NCBI RefSeq assembly: GCF_009914755.1
Contig: NC_060926.1
Source of the DNA: the human T2T-CHM13v2.0 reference genome, Homo sapiens
Length of the DNA stretch: 64,000 nucleotides
Direction: 5' to 3' (one strand)
This document shows positions 18,031-34,902 of the stretch, piece by piece; within the stretch, counting starts at the first letter, position 1; each line of letters starts with the position of its first letter. The position numbers and the translations under genes were made by a program. The notes beneath the pieces were generated by a model that worked only from the letters and a program-made list of their open reading frames with translations, was not told where the DNA came from and did not search any database.

Positions 18031-19076
18031 GGATGGAGAGTCTGGAGCTAAACTCAAAGCCCTTAGCCCTGACTGGAGAGGGTGAGGGCATGAAGGGACC
18101 TCCACAAATCACCCTTGGCATTAATCAAGCATCTACAGTGTTGTATGTGCTCTGTTTTTAGTCCTGTTATAACCTTGAATATCAACATTACTATCTCCAT
18201 TTTACAGATGCAGAAACTGAGGCCCGGGACCACACACCTGACACCAAGTGGACTAGGATTCAGGCCATTGACCATATTCTTTCAACTTCAGGAGCAACAG
18301 CACCTGGAGGACCCAAATTTGCTGTCATCCTCCACGAGGCCTCAGCAGTCTCCAACATGGAAGGGCACTGAGCCAGCCTGGGGGTTTCCAGGGACCTTCC
18401 TGACTGAACACTGGAAAGACCCTTTCATTCCATCCTGTCCCCCAGGTGGGACCCCACGCCCTGAGGTGGAACAGAGGTGAAGAGGAAGGGGAGCGGCTCC
18501 TGTGCATTTTAATAGAAATGAATTCAAGTAAGTGTGAGAATGTCATAAATCCCTCAAGAGGGCTAGAGGTGGTGGAGGAGCCCCTGTATCCCCAGGTGAT
18601 CCCTCTGATGCCTTGACAGGTTCTCTCCTGAAGGACTCAGTTCCTTGGGCCCAAACTTCTCCAGTCTCTCATGAAAGGAGATGAACTGCTTCAGATAAAG
18701 TGCTAATCTTCAGCCTCAAAGTCCTCAGAAGGGTAAGATTGCTATGTATCTGAAGATGGGTGCAATAGAAAAGCAAATGTCCCATAAGACCCCAGCTCTC
18801 TCCTCCTCCACTGAGAGCGCACACTGTCTACAGGGCAAGTCTCGTTGCTTGAGAAAGTTCTTTTAATTTTTTCCAATCCACCTGGCAAAGAGCCTGACCA
18901 CAACGTCTGTCTCACCCTCCTTCCCGAAACTTCGGTCTCCCCCATGGGATTTTCAGAATTTGGGAGGGGGTGCTGTGTTGCTTTGCAGTTCTGCTGCCCA
19001 TTTTTCACAAGAGAAAACTGGGTGTCAACGAAATGAGAATAGATTCTGCAGTGAAAGCATTTGGAGCCAGACAGTG

Positions 19077-19308
19077 GGAGAAATCTGATGTATAACAGTG
19101 GTTTTCAACCACGGCTGCAAATTAGAAGCACAAGAACACTTCAAAAAATACTCATACCCAGGCCCCACCAAATATTTATCTTGAGATGGGATGCTTTCTT
19201 GCCTGCTTTCCTTGTGTGTGGGGTGTGTGTATGTGTGCTTGTGTGTGTGATATGTGTGTTTTAAAAAGTCTTCCAGGTGATTCTAATATGCCAGAGCTAA
19301 GAATTACT
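19077..19308. mobile_element. MER5-like hAT-Charlie element
   Basis: cagtggttttcaacc...ccaggtgattctaatatg...agaattact. Confidence 0.55.
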
Positions 19309-19329
19309 CACCTAAAATAAGACAACTGT

Positions 19330-19900
19330 GTTAGAAAGAATATCCAATAGAGAAATGAACAAAAGACATGAATGGGCAATTCACAAAGACAAAATAAAAA
19401 TGGCTAATGGGCACATGAAAACCTGTTGACCCCAATTAATAATTAAAGAAATGCTAAATAAAACAATAATGAGATAGCATTTCACGTATCAAGTTGTCAA
19501 CCCTTTTTTTTTCTAATGAAAGAATATTCCCAGGAATAACAACAACATGTTTGTGTGTGTTGGGGGTGGGGCTGTGGCGAGTCTCAAACACTGTGAGAAT
19601 AAATAGCTACAATCTCTCCTGAGGGCAGCTGGGCAACATGCACCTTTACACCCATCAGTTTCACATTAAGATTCTATAAGGATGCACTGGGATTTAGCTA
19701 GAGCTGTTCATCTTAGCAGGAACAGAAAATTGGAAATTCCTAAATATCTACCATTAGGAGATGAGTTCAATGAATTACGGTGCTGCCATAAAACAGGATG
19801 CCACACAGTCACTGAATGTAATAGAGTCGATGACTATGTCCTGATTAGGGAAGATGTTCAGATAAACTATTGAGTGAAAAAAGAAGCAGTTTCCAAATAA
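19330..19900 (+). mobile_element. Degenerate L1M 3' fragment
   Basis: aaaagacatgaatgggcaattcacaaa...aaaacaataatgagatagcatttca. Confidence 0.65.
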
Positions 19901-20029
19901 TAATACCATTTTTGCTTTTTAAAAAAATAATGTCCTTCCATGAAATAGAAGTAAAAAAATTAGAAGAATATGAAAAGTATATGCGTGTATATGTCAGTAC
20001 TTAGGAAAGAGCTTGCAAAAATATATGCA

Positions 20030-20348
20030 GGCCAGATGTGGTGGCTCATACTTGTAATCCTGGAAAGACTCGGGAGGCTAAGGAGGGAAGATTGCTTGGG
20101 GCCAGGACTTCCAGACCAGCCTGGGCAAGACAGGGAGACCCTGTCTCTATAATTATTTTTTTCTTTTCTTTTTTTTTTTTTGTAAATTAGCCAGGCATGA
20201 TAGCACGTACCTGTAGTCTCAGCTACTTGGGAGGCTGAGGCAGGAAGATCCTTAAGCCCAGGAGTTCAAGGTCACAGTGAGCCATGGTTGTACCACTGCA
20301 CTCCAGCATGGGTGACAGAGTAAGACCCTGTCTAAAAAAAAAAAAAAA
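20030..20348 (+). mobile_element. AluJ element with T-rich linker
   Basis: Diverged Alu dimer with A tail. Confidence 0.88.
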
Positions 20349-22481
20349 GCAAGGTTTTAGTAGTCATCACCTTTTTGTACTACAAAGGTATTTTATATTT
20401 TTATTTTTGCTTTCTGTATTTTATAGCTTTTCCCTGCAAAGGATATACTGTATTTGTGTTTGTTAAAAGGAAAAAATTATTTTTAATTAAAAAAATTAAT
20501 GAAAATTTAAAAATTTAATTTAAAAAAATGAGCAGTTTGCTCATCTGTTTTCCTCTGGGAGGAGACAGTCAACATCTTGGTGCAGTGAAATCTCCAGAAA
20601 ATCCCCAGACTCTCCACCCTCATTTCCACACCCCACCTTTGACCAAGGAGCCAAAATATAGCCTCAAACTGGACTTCTTTTCCCTCCTCTTCCAGGCCTT
20701 CTCCACGCTGCTGGGCTGTGAAAGGCTGAAGGAGGTGGAGCTGGGGAGGAAGATGAAGATCTAGAGGTCTGAGAGAGCTTCAACTGAGTAGAGAGCAGCC
20801 TGGGTTCCAAAGTCCTGGCCCCAGCTCTGTGTAGCCATGTGACTTTAGTTCAGGCCCTTGACTTCTCTAAGCTTCTGTGTGCACAGCTATCAAATGGGAG
20901 TAATAGCAGTATTGACCTCGTGGGTGGTTATGAGGCTTTACTGAGATGGTACAATGTCAAGGGCTTAGCACATTGCCTGGCACGTAACACTCAGTAAATG
21001 CCACCCTGACTGCGTTTAATTTGGGAAGCTAGACCCTTACCTACCCAAGGGCTGTGATGGTAGCAAGCCCACCTGCAGCCATCCTCAGAGGGTAGGTGGA
21101 GAGTGAAGCCAAGCCCCAGAGCCACGGACTCCAGAATGAAGGTATGGACTCCGTGCCTGGACCTGTTACTTGATTAGGGTTTCTGACCCCAGCTTCTTCC
21201 CCATTTGCCCTGTCACACCATCCCATAATGTCCTGTTGCCCCCCTCTTGACCCTTCCTCCCACCCCAATTCCATTTATCACAGTCCACTTGTGGTGTCAG
21301 GGCAGAGACGCCCAAGGCACTGAACTCATCTTGCCACTGTTGGTCGCCCTCTGTGCGTTACAACAATGTGGGACTTGGGGATTCTAAACCACCACCCTCA
21401 CCAATTCTCTCAATCCCCATGACCATCTCCATGCCTCCAAGACTCTCTGTGCCAGCCCGGAGGGGAAGCTGTCCGCAAGGTCTCTGGCTCCTTAGTGCAG
21501 AGCAGGGTCTACACTAGGTGCAGAGCTCTCTGGTCAGCGCAGCAGTGGGCCTGCCACCCAGACACACAGAGGTGGCTCAGCAACAGTCAGAGGCCCTCAG
21601 ACAACATCGGGAACAGAAGTGGCTGTATGAGCTTCTAAAAAGCCCCATCTGGAAGCTGGAGAAGCTGGGCCCATTTCCTAACTCAGAGGAGGCCACAGTC
21701 CCTAGGGCAGGAACTGGCCCCTCCTATTCTTCCCTTGCCCTCCAGAGTGGGGTTGCCTGGGACCAGGTCCTCAGAAACTGTGATGGGAGGAGGGCACCTT
21801 TACAACAGCAGGTGGAGCACCTGTAAGTCCTAAGTTCCCTTCCCCAAAGACCAAGAAAGAGTTTGGAGAAGACTGGAGCCAGCCTTGCCTTCTCCTCTCC
21901 TGAAGGAATGGATACATGAATGAATGAATGCCTCTACTTTACTCTTTTATTTTTAGAGTTAAGGTAGAGAAAGAATAAAATAGCTGTGGATGTACAAACA
22001 CCATTTAGAACACAGTTAAACAAGCCCAGAAGCTTAGTTGAATACAAGTGTCAATAGGCAACCACATTTTGCATTTGCTGCCCAGCAGCTAAACCAGAAC
22101 TGGGCCCTGCAGTGCAGTAGTTTGGCCAACTGTTTAATGAATGAATGACATGACATGACCACACATTTCAGATAACGGGGAAAACGGGGAGGAAGCTTTG
22201 GGGGGTGTGTCTCCGCACCCACATAGAGTTGAAGTCACTTGTACTTGGTATAACTTGACAGCTCGGTGAGCTTTAGAATCAAGCACCCACAGATGGGGAA
22301 ATCTCATTTTCTAAATGAAATTAACAAAGTAGGAGGGGCAGATCAGGGTGTTTCAATTCATACCCCAGCCTGCTCTCCTAGCAATCTGGTAACTAGACCA
22401 GAGCTTCTGCTAAGTAAGTTAATCAAACAACACCTGCTGGGGCGGTGCTGCCCACAGACTTGCCCACCATTCTAAGACCCT

Positions 22482-22483
<2 letters not shown>

Positions 22484-22533
<50 letters not shown>
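22484..22533. repeat. (AC)n microsatellite
   Basis: About 25 perfect AC units. Confidence 0.95.
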
Positions 22534-22535
<2 letters not shown>

Positions 22536-24365
22536 TCATCCTGTTCTGGGCTATTCTATGTGTTTGATGCTTGAGCCAAAGATAGAATTTGTGTGGACTG
22601 TTTTCCCTGAACACTTAACTTTTGCCTGACCAGGTACCCAAGAACTCTTCCCGAGAGCCCAACCCAGGCCTTGAGCAGCCACATTGCCACAGGCCCTCTG
22701 GCTTTATTGCTGTGTTGTTGACTCAGCTGGGGATTTCTGGTGGCTTTGAGATTCTCTCTCCATCTGGACTCAGTCTCTGAGGCTCCAGACTCCTTCCTAG
22801 TCCCTATTTCCTCCTGTCTTGTCCCCCTTGGACTCACCTGGGCAATGGGCTTCTCCAGTCTGAAAGGGTCAGGCCCTGTTAGGCTGGGGCCACTGCCCTG
22901 GGCAGCATCTGGAGTGAAAGGCAAGCTGAGCTGCTGTCAGGCCCTGAGAAACAGGTATTTTTATTCCGGGGAGTGGCCCCTTTTCGGGACTCAGACCCTG
23001 GGAATTCAGGTGCCCCACTCAGCTCTAGCTAAAGTTGGGCTCCCAGGACCCTCACCAGGCTAAGAGTGAATGCGCTTGGGTTTCTTAGCTCCCCTGCCCC
23101 CCCCACCATTCCCCATAGTGGGTTCCTTTTGTCTTCACTAAATCCCCTCCAATCTCCCCTTCCAAAAGGCAGCAGATCCAAGTGGAATTCAACACCCAAA
23201 CACTCACACAAAGGCAAGGATTAATAGCTGGCTTTGTCTGGGCACAGATGTGCAGCAGCTTGGCGGGGGGGTGGGGAGGGGGCATTTTTTTCTTGCCACT
23301 TGAGTCAGCTGGGTTCTGGCTCCGCACTTGAGGGTAGGGAGGGGAGGAAGCTGGGGAGGAACTGCTGCATGGATTCCCCTCGAGGGCACCACACCCGACT
23401 TCTCTGAGCTGGTATGTTCTTGGGGGTCTGGTCCCCACGAAGGAGAGACTTCCTCTACAAAGTTCTTCTCTGGCTGGGAGGCCTGTCAGCCTCTCTTCCT
23501 TTGACTTCAACAAGTCACACTCACAAGCTGGTGCGCAGTCTCTGGACTCAGTTCCTGTTCTTCCAGAGCCTGAGCTCTAAAACAGGCCCCAGACATTCTC
23601 AAAGAAACCCTGAGAGCTGAGCGGACTAACTGGGACACTGACAGGAGGCACACGGGGGCATACTGCAGGAGGATGGGGAATGTTCCTGGAGGAGCTGGGG
23701 CTTAATCTGAGCTCCAAAGGATGGACAGAGGGGAAAGAAGGGGACTTCTTTGCAGCGACTCCAGGAGGGGTCAGTGGGGCAGGAGAGAGCAGGGCCTTGA
23801 AGGTATGGGAAGGGGAATGAATATTTCCTGTGGCAATAGGGAGCCACTGAAGTTGTAGATCAGAGTCAGAGCTGGAGAAGCACCATGGGTGTAAGGAAGC
23901 CTGTTCTGTTATTGGGCATAGAACAGGCTGGAGGAGGTGGTAGCCAAGGAAACAAATGGGTGTCTCTGGGCCAGAGCTCATTCTCACTCAGCCCCTCTGC
24001 ATCCAACAGAATCCCTTATTTGAACAATCCATGCTACTATTCAACCACACAATCACGGAATTACAAATTTGGTCCTCAATATTTAGGGACAGAAATATCA
24101 TGTTTCCCTATTGTTCTATGTCAGGTAAATTAGGCTTCATTCCTAAACACAGAGCTCATTGGAAATATGACATCAGTCAAGTTTGGGGTGAAGGGGTGCT
24201 TCCCCTTCCCTAGGGTGGGACAAGTATCTGGGGTCTCCAGACCAGCTGGTCTCTGAGGGGCTTGTTGATCAAGACAAGACCCCTGGTATCAGGAGGTTTA
24301 TATGCTAGAGGAGGAAAAACAGTAAGAAACAAGGAAGCAAATGAATAAATGGGATAGCTTTAGAT

Positions 24366-24951
<586 letters not shown>

Positions 24952-27029
24952 TGATATGTCTGGCTGGGATGAGTGGTCAGAGAAGGCTACTCTGAGGAGA
25001 GAGCATTTCAGCTGAGAACTGGAGGATGAGAAGGAGTGAGACATAGTAGAATCTCATCTAGTCTAGATATTTAACCCTTTTTGGTCTAAAAACAGTAATT
25101 TCAGAGAGCTCAACGTAATACAGAGATAGAGGTGCTGAGCATATTTAATGCAAAGGAATGGAGGCAGGACTGAGATTGGAGTGGCAGTCTCAGCTCAGAA
25201 AAGGTGGTGCAATGACAGGGCACTGAGTGAGGGACACATAGGAAAAAGTGAGCTCAGAGGGCAGGTCTGGCTAGAGAAGGAGTTGAGAGTCTAAGTTCAG
25301 TGGGAAAAATAAATTTCGAGGGTCAGATTGTGAACTGATTCATGTTTGGAATGTTAAAATGTTGAATGTTTTACAATTTGAAATTAAAGACAATACCATT
25401 TACATTAGCACCTCAAAATAAGAAATACTCTAGTATAAATCTAACAAAACATGTACAAAATCTATATGAGTAAAACAATAAAATGCTGGTAAAATAAATC
25501 AAAGATCTAAATAAATAGAGAGATATTCCATGTTCGTGGATGGTGAGACTCAATATTGTTCAGATATCGGTTCTTTCCAGCTTGATCTATAGATTCAATA
25601 TAATCATAATCAACTCCCAGTTGTCTCTTTTGTGGAACTGGCAAAGCAATTCTTAAGTTTATGTAGAGAGGCAAAAGACTAGAACAGTTAACACAATATT
25701 GAAGGAGAAAACAAAGTCAGAGGGCTGACGCTACCCCATTTCAAGATGTACTGTAAAAGCTGTTGTGATCACCTGCAGTCCCAGTTACTTGGTGAGAGGA
25801 TTGCTTGTGCCCAGTAGGTCGAGGTTGCAGTGAGTTATGACTGCACCACTGTGCTCTAGCCTGGGCCACAGAGTGAGACTCCACCCCTAAAAAAAAATTC
25901 AAAATAGATTCTAGATCTAAATATAAAAGCAAAACTATAAAAATTCTAGAAGATAACACAGAAGAAAATCTAGGTGACCTTGGATTTGGTGATGACATTT
26001 TAAATACAACACCAAAAGTATGATACATAAAAGAAAAAAATGACAAATTGAGTTTCATTAAAATTAAAAACTTCTCTGCCAAAGACATTGTTGAGAGAAC
26101 GAAAAGACGAGCCACAGACTAGGAGAAAATATTAGCAGAACACGTATCTGATAAAGGACTGCTATCCAAAGTACACAAAGAACCCTTCGACAATAAGAAA
26201 ACAATTCAATTAAAAATGAGCAAAGATCGGAACAGACATCTCACCAAAGGCATACAGATGGCAAATAAACACATGAAAAGATGCTCAACATAATATGTCA
26301 TTAGGGAGTTGCAAATTAGAATAACAATGAGATACCACTACACACCTATTATAATGGCTAAAGTCCCAAACACTGGCAACACCAAATGCTGAAGTGGCTG
26401 AAGAGCAATAGAATTCTCATTCATTGCTGGTGGGAATGCAAAATGATACACACACATTGGAAGGCAGTTTGGGAGTTTCTTGCAAAGCTGAACATACTCT
26501 TACATATAATCCAGCGATCACCCTCAGGAATTTACCCAAATGAACTGAAAACTTATGTCCCCCCTGCACATAAATGTTTATAGCACCTTTATTCAAAAAA
26601 TTGCAAAAACTTGAACCAAGATATCCTTCAGCAGGTAAAGGTTAAATAAATAGTGGTTCACCCAGACAATGAAATATTATTCACGGTTAAAAAACGATCA
26701 AGCTATCAAGTCATGAAGGAACCTTAAATGTGTAATGCTAAGTGAAAGAAGCCAGTCTGAAAAGGCTATATACTATATGATTCCAGTATATGACATTCTG
26801 GAAAAGGCAAACTTGTGGAGACAGTGAAAAGATCAGAGGTTGCCCGGGTTCCTGGGGAGGGGCGAGGGATGAATTGTGGGAACACGGGATATTTAGAGCA
26901 GTGAAACTACTCTGGATGACACTATAATAATGGTAGCCATTATACATTTGTCAAAACCCACAGCACTCACAACACTAAAAGTGAACTCTGATATAAACTA
27001 TAAACTTCAGCTAATAATAATAATACATG

Positions 27030-27742
<713 letters not shown>

Positions 27743-28689
27743 TTAAAAAAAAATTTCTGTAAACCTAAAGATGCTCTTTCTTAAAAGCCTATTAATAAAC
27801 ATTTAAAAAATAATTAAAAAAAAAACTGCTGCCTAGTTCCATCTCCTTCAGGGCAAAGCGAGGCAACCCCTCTCCCTCAGCACCAGCTGCCAGCAAACTC
27901 TCCCTTCTCCCCAGCCAAAGGCCTGGAATGCTCATGAGGGAGCCCAAAGCACCACTTGGGGCCAGGCGAGAGCACAACATTTCTTCAGCTGGGAAAGGGA
28001 AAAATCTCTCCCAACACTAGCACACAAATCATCTCAATCCATGACCTGGCCTGGGATGATGTTGCCAGACCTTCTCCCTGCAGGGGTGCCATCCGTACTC
28101 CACATCCCCTTCCTGCCCTCCCAACCCTCTCCAGTGTCCCTGGGTGGGATGCCAGATTAGTGCACTGCCCAGGGACAGCTGTGGCGCCCCAGCCTCAGGG
28201 GAGTGGAGGGGGGAGCGCTAGATGCTTCTCCTCCCTGCAGGTTGCCTGTGCCTTGGCTCGGGACAGGATAGGGCAAGGAGGTCAGGCCACTGATCCCAGG
28301 GCAGACAGGGGAGCCCTGAAGAGCTGTGGGACAGCAAGCAGGAGGCCACCCTCCAGTGAGGGGTAGCGATGATGGCAGTGCCTACCTAGCTGGGCTGTAA
28401 TGAAGATTAAACAAGATAATTCACAGAAAACCCTCAGCATAGGGCAGACACAGGAAGCGGTCAGGAAGTATCCACCATGACTATTCCCGCTCATCAGCCC
28501 CACGCCTGTCCTCCTGCTGGGGAACAAGGCTGTAGATGACGCAGAGGCCAGGCACCGGATCTGCTGTGTCGGTCCTGGAGCCCCAGCATGTAACGGGATC
28601 TTGCATTTCCTCAGCAGGCAGTACTGAGGGTCTGCCCTGTGCCAGGCTAGGGAAAGAGCCACACACATACACACACATTCCAGCCCTCC

Positions 28690-29800
<1,111 letters not shown>

Positions 29801-30561
29801 CATCTGCTGTGATGGGCGCAGCGGCAAATGAGCTAATGGGCCACAGGGCTCCTGACCCACAGCCTCCCCAGCCAGTCTTCCTGAGGCTACCGGCCATCAG
29901 ACAAGTTCTTTCTATCCTCTGGCCTGTTTTGACCCATGGGGATAGGCCTCAGTGAGTGTGAGTGAGCCCTTTTCTCTTCCAAAGATCCTCTCTTAACCAT
30001 CTTGTCTTCCCTGTAGCCAAGCTGAGGGGCCTGGCAGGCCACAGTAGCAGACTACTAGGGTTTGGGGACCAGAGAGTATTCCTGGTTCCTGATTCCCCTC
30101 TGGGCCAGCCTTGAGAAAGCCAGGGATCATGTCTAAGCCTTCTGCATAGTGGCATCTCCACGATAACCCACAGTGAGGCCCGGGTCCCCAGGACAGCGGG
30201 GAAATGTGTCCAGCAGGGCAGAGCAGAGTCCCACAGGCACACTCAGACCCCAGCTCCCAGGTTCCAGCTGCCTTGCACAATTTGCCTAACCTTTCAGGGC
30301 CTTAGTTTCCCTTTTTGGATCTGTGAAAGGGAGACCAGAGAAGGCCCTGCCCAGAGCCCACACTTTCTGTAAAGGCAAAGAGCTTTCCACCGGTGGTCTC
30401 CCCGGCCCCATCTCCCTGAGCACAGGCTCGCAGCCTTCACTTGGGGCCCCAAGCAGCCCCTGCCCATGCCACACAGTCTGTTTACAGACCACTTAGAACA
30501 AATGACTGAAGACTCTGCTGCCTTTCAGCTGGGCAGAGGGGACAGTGGAAGTGCAGTGGAG

Positions 30562-30692
30562 GGCGCCTATAATCCCAGCGACTCAGGAGGCTGAGGCAGG
30601 AGGAATGCTTGAGTTCAGCAGGTCAAGATCAGACTGGGCAATGCGGTGAGACCCCCTCTCTTTAAAAAAAAAAAAAAAACAAAAAAAAAAAA
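30562..30692 (+). mobile_element. Alu monomer fragment (FLAM-like)
   Basis: gcgcctataatcccagcgactcaggaggctgaggcagg... followed by an A tail. Confidence 0.75.
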
Positions 30693-31506
30693 CAGACTCT
30701 GTTGTCCACCCCTGCTGGTACCACCGGCTTCCATCCTCCTCCCAGGCAGTGGACGCCTCCTCAGAGCCCACCTTCCCCAGGGCCCAGCACCCCACTGGTT
30801 CAGCCAGCCCAGGCAGCCTCTCTGCCTAGAATCTCCTTCCATGCCTGCAGCACACGGTCCAATCAGAGCTTCTTGGGCAACTCAGAAAACAGAGATAGAA
30901 AACTTCTAACCCCAATGACCTCATAGCCTGCAAGCTAGGCAGCCCCAAATGGGGAAGCCAGGTACTCGGGGCAGTACTGAGGCCCTGGACACCCCCCTCC
31001 ATCCCAAAGGGTCCTGGGGCCCTCTTGTGGTGACTCTGAGGACCCCAGACCTCAATGAACCTGAGCCCTGGAGCTACCCAACCCCACCAGACCTGCCTCA
31101 AAGCCCAGAAGTTGGAGCCCAGCACGTCAGACCCAGAAAACCCAGACCTCAAGAGGGCAGGGGGCTGGCCGTGTTATCCAGGTCCCAAGGTCAGACTCAG
31201 CTGCTCTGCCACAGCAAAGCTTGCTTTCAAGTAATAATGCAGAAGAGAGACAGAGACAGACACTGCAAGGGAGAGGATGGGAGTAAGAGCCAGAGACACA
31301 GAGTCAGAGATGGAGGGCAGGAGCGGGAGAGAGACTGGGAGACAGGGAGAGAGGAAGGAGAGAGAGGATGGGGCGGTTGTGGGGAGACAGCATGTATGCC
31401 AGTGAGCATGGGGGCCCTAGAATTTCTGCATTGGCAAGGCTTAGAGGCAGAGTCTGGTTGGAAGGGGACCCAGGGTTTGTCTCAAAGCTGTATTAATGCA
31501 AGTGCT

Positions 31507-31668
31507 GGCTGGGTGCTGTGGTTCATGCCTGTAGTCCTAGCACTTTGGGAGGCTGAGGTGGGAGGATGGCTGAGGTCAGGAGTTAGAGGCTATAGTGAGC
31601 TATGATCGTGCCATTAGGTGACAGAATGAGACCCTGTCTCAAAAACAAAAACAAAAACAAAAAAAAAG
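31507..31668 (+). mobile_element. Alu monomer/fragment
   Basis: ggctgggtgctgtggttcatgcctgtagtcctagcactttgggagg...gagaccctgtctcaaaaac. Confidence 0.75.
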
Positions 31669-32144
31669 CAGAAGAAACACAGGAAGTGCCTAACTCTGTC
31701 TTAGGTGGAATGTTTGAGGAAGACAGTGGCCACCTGTAGCTGCATCACTTCTTCCCCTCCACTATGGCTGAGTGTGTGTGTGTTTGGGGCAGCGGGAGGA
31801 GAGGTGGTATCAGGGACAGAAAGGACAGAATCAAAGCTCAGAATGGTTTCAGTTCCCACCCTGCCCCTGTTACAAAGCCCCAACAGAATATGTGGCTTCT
31901 GGCTCCATGGCTCACTTATAGACCTTGATTTTTTCGTAAATTTCTGGCTGTTTTTTCTAAGCCCGAAAGCCGCCACCTGAGGGTGATAAAGGGAGGGGCC
32001 TGGGTCTGGGACCTGCTCTTCTGTCTGTGCCACTTCTGTACTCAGTGGCCCATGCCCTCTGCTCCTCAGTGTCCCCACGTCTGCAGAGCCTCCCTCCCCT
32101 GCCACCTCCTCCAGAACTGCCATGAGAATCAAAGAAAGCAAATG

Positions 32145-32443
32145 GGCCAGGCACGGTGGCTCAAGCCTGTAATCCTAGCACTTTGGGAGGCTGAGTTGGG
32201 CGGATCACGAGGTCAAGAGTTCAAGACCAGCCTGGCCAACATGGTAAAACCCCGTCTCTACTAAAAATACAAAAATTAGCTGGGCATGGTGGTACATGCC
32301 TGTAATCTCAGCTACTCAGGAGGCTGAGGCAGGAGAATTGCTTGAACCAGGACCCGGGAGGCGGAGGTTGCAGTGAACCAAGATCACACCACTGCACTCC
32401 AGCCTGGGTTACAGAGCGAGACTTCGTCTCAAAAAAAAAAAAA
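32145..32443 (+). mobile_element. AluS element
   Basis: Full dimer; TSD aaagcaaatg. Confidence 0.92.
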
Positions 32444-34680
32444 GCAAATGTGTGTGAGGCGCTCAGACGCCATGAAGCTACCCACAAACGTCAGGCCCCT
32501 CAGCTCCACGGGAGCCTCTCCAGGCCCAGGGAGTGCATTCCACTCAGAGCATGGGCTGGACTGACAGGAGCAGCCTCTTTCAAACGCACTTGGCCACCTG
32601 GCACTACTTGCAGGCCATCAGCTGGGAAGTAAGTGACCATAAATCTTTTTCTAGAGGAGGCCTGACTCCCTACATTGACCCACGAAAACACGGCCACACA
32701 CTTCCACCCATCATCACGTCCCGAGAAGACAAATGAAAAAGAAGTCTGTGAGGCCCTAAGGAAGGAGGGGACAGACCCCGCACAAGCGATGTGTTTGTCC
32801 CTGACTCCTCCTGGGCACGCAGGCCAGCGCCCCAGGGAAGCCGGTGTCAGGGACATTTCCCCAGCTCACCCCACCCTCCCCCTTCCGCCTCCAGCCTCTC
32901 TCCAGGAGGGTGCTGTGCTCTGCAGCCATTTCTTGTCACTGCTGAACAATAGGCCTTGCTAGCAGCTGGCAGCTTAGCTGCCCTGCCTGAGAGGGGAGGG
33001 AGGGAGGGAGGCCGCCTGGCGGGCTGTGGGGCTGGGGCAGCCAGCCTGCTGTGGTGGGGTTTCCCAGTTCCAGTTCCAAGGACAATGCGGGCATGTGTGT
33101 CTCCAGGATCATGTACACGGCCGCACTATCCAGAAGCCTCGAAGGCTGGCACCATAGAACAGCGCTCGCCTCCCACCCGAGAGCTTTTGTAAAATCCTCG
33201 AGGCCTGGATGGCATGTCCAGGGATGCTGGCGGAGACCTCCATGCTTCCAATGTGCTGTAGGGAGAAGCATAGTCCAGAGCTTGCAGAAGGCATGTATGT
33301 CTTGCTTCTGTCTTTTGCTCCTGAGTCCCAGAGAGGGGAAGTGACTGGCCCAAGGTCACACAGAGCCAGGACAAGAGAACTGACGGGGCATTCAGCCCTG
33401 GAGAGCTATCCTAACTCCTGGTCTACTGCTGGCCCCAGTAGGAGATCTTCCTCCTCTTGTTCCTCAGGGCAATGCTGTGCACGTGCCAGGAGAAATCCAC
33501 ACCCCATGAAGAAGAGAGGTCCAAGGTTCAGGGAAGTTATAGAGGTAACGATCGGATTCGAACACCTTGCTCAGCTTCGAGGCTGAAGACAAGACATGTG
33601 CTGGAAGGTGTTCTAAGAGTCAGAGAGGCCCAATCCCAGCTCTACCCACTTGCCAGCTGTGTGACCTTTGGCAAGCTGCTTAACCTCTCTGAGCCGGCTG
33701 CCACTTCTGTAAAGTGGGGGTAGTAAGATAAAGCTCAAAGTGCTGGAAAGAGTTCATGAGCTCACACACACCAGTATATAGCAGTGTCTGGCACATGTGA
33801 GTGCTCAGTAAGTGGTAACCCTGGAAACTATTACTCCTGATTCAGTCAAATATTCCTCTCCAAGGGGAACAAAAGGGCATTAAAACGAAGATGGAAGAGG
33901 CAATAGAGATTCTGGGACCACATATTGCCATGCAAGCACAGAGCACAGTGTTCTCTGTAAGTGGCCGACCACCACAACATGCAAGGTATTAGGAAATCTT
34001 GGTTCTGCCCAGCAAACATGCCTCCAGCATTAAGATACCCCAGTTGTGCTTTGAGGCTTAACCTAAAACACCGCGCTGAGAGTGGAGAGCTGGATTTTAG
34101 CCTTGTCTGCCATCATGTTAGCTGTACTGACATTTGTGGACTTTCCAGTGCCCTAGAAATGCTGGAGCGTGCTTCACATTGACTCATTTGATCCCCACCA
34201 TGCCCTGAGACAAGCTCAATTATTTCCCCCGTTTTATAGCTAAGAAAGCTGAGGCACAGAGAGGCTCAGGAACTTGCCCAAGATTGTAGGTGCCAGGATT
34301 CAAGCTTGGGAGATCTGGTAGCAGAGCCAAACTGAACTCTGATGCTATAAACTATTTTGCCCCAGACAATAATCCTTTTCCCTCTCTGGGCCTCAGTTTG
34401 CACATCTGTCAAAAAGGCCCCTTTGGTGGGAAGATCTAGCTCTATGGCCCCTCCCAAGTCTTAAGCTCTCTGAATATGTCCACTCTTGTGTAACTTTCCA
34501 GACTACTCTGCCCCGTCTGGCCCTCGAAACCCCACCTCCAGCATTCTGCACCCTTAGGACTCCCCTGACGCCTGTACCATATTCATCTTTCCAGGGGTGT
34601 GTGTCCCCAGTCTATGTAGCCCTGAGCCTATCCCATCTATGGTCAGACGCTGTTCTCAGTATTGGGAGAGTTGCAAAGAT

Positions 34681-34902
34681 CAGGATTTGGCAAACTTTTT
34701 CTGTAAAGGGCCAAATAGCAAATAGTTCAGACTTTGAGGGCCATGTGGTCTTTTTGCAACTACTCAACTCTGCCATCGTAGTAAGACAGCAGACAGGGCA
34801 ACACACAGATACACGAGCGTGGCCAGGTTCCAGCAATGCTTTTCTTACAAAAGCAGGCAGTGGACAGGATCTGGCCTGTAAGCTGCAGTTTGCCAACCTC
34901 TG
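34681..34902. mobile_element. MER58A (hAT-Charlie)
   Basis: TIRs cagg(a)tttggcaaac / gtttgccaacctctg; near-perfect 8-bp TSD gcaaagat/tcaaagat. Confidence 0.8.

Noticed and set aside
20150-20182. T-rich tract replacing the A-rich linker of an AluJ
   Set aside because: Most simply a local simple-repeat expansion or tail-only insertion; no convincing TSD or sign of function.
25741-26947. ORFs with L1 ORF2-like remnants
   Set aside because: Fragmented, frameshifted ancient L1; not an active element.
30949-31605. 218-aa plus-strand ORF
   Set aside because: Built from purine-rich low-complexity sequence and an Alu fragment; no recognisable family.
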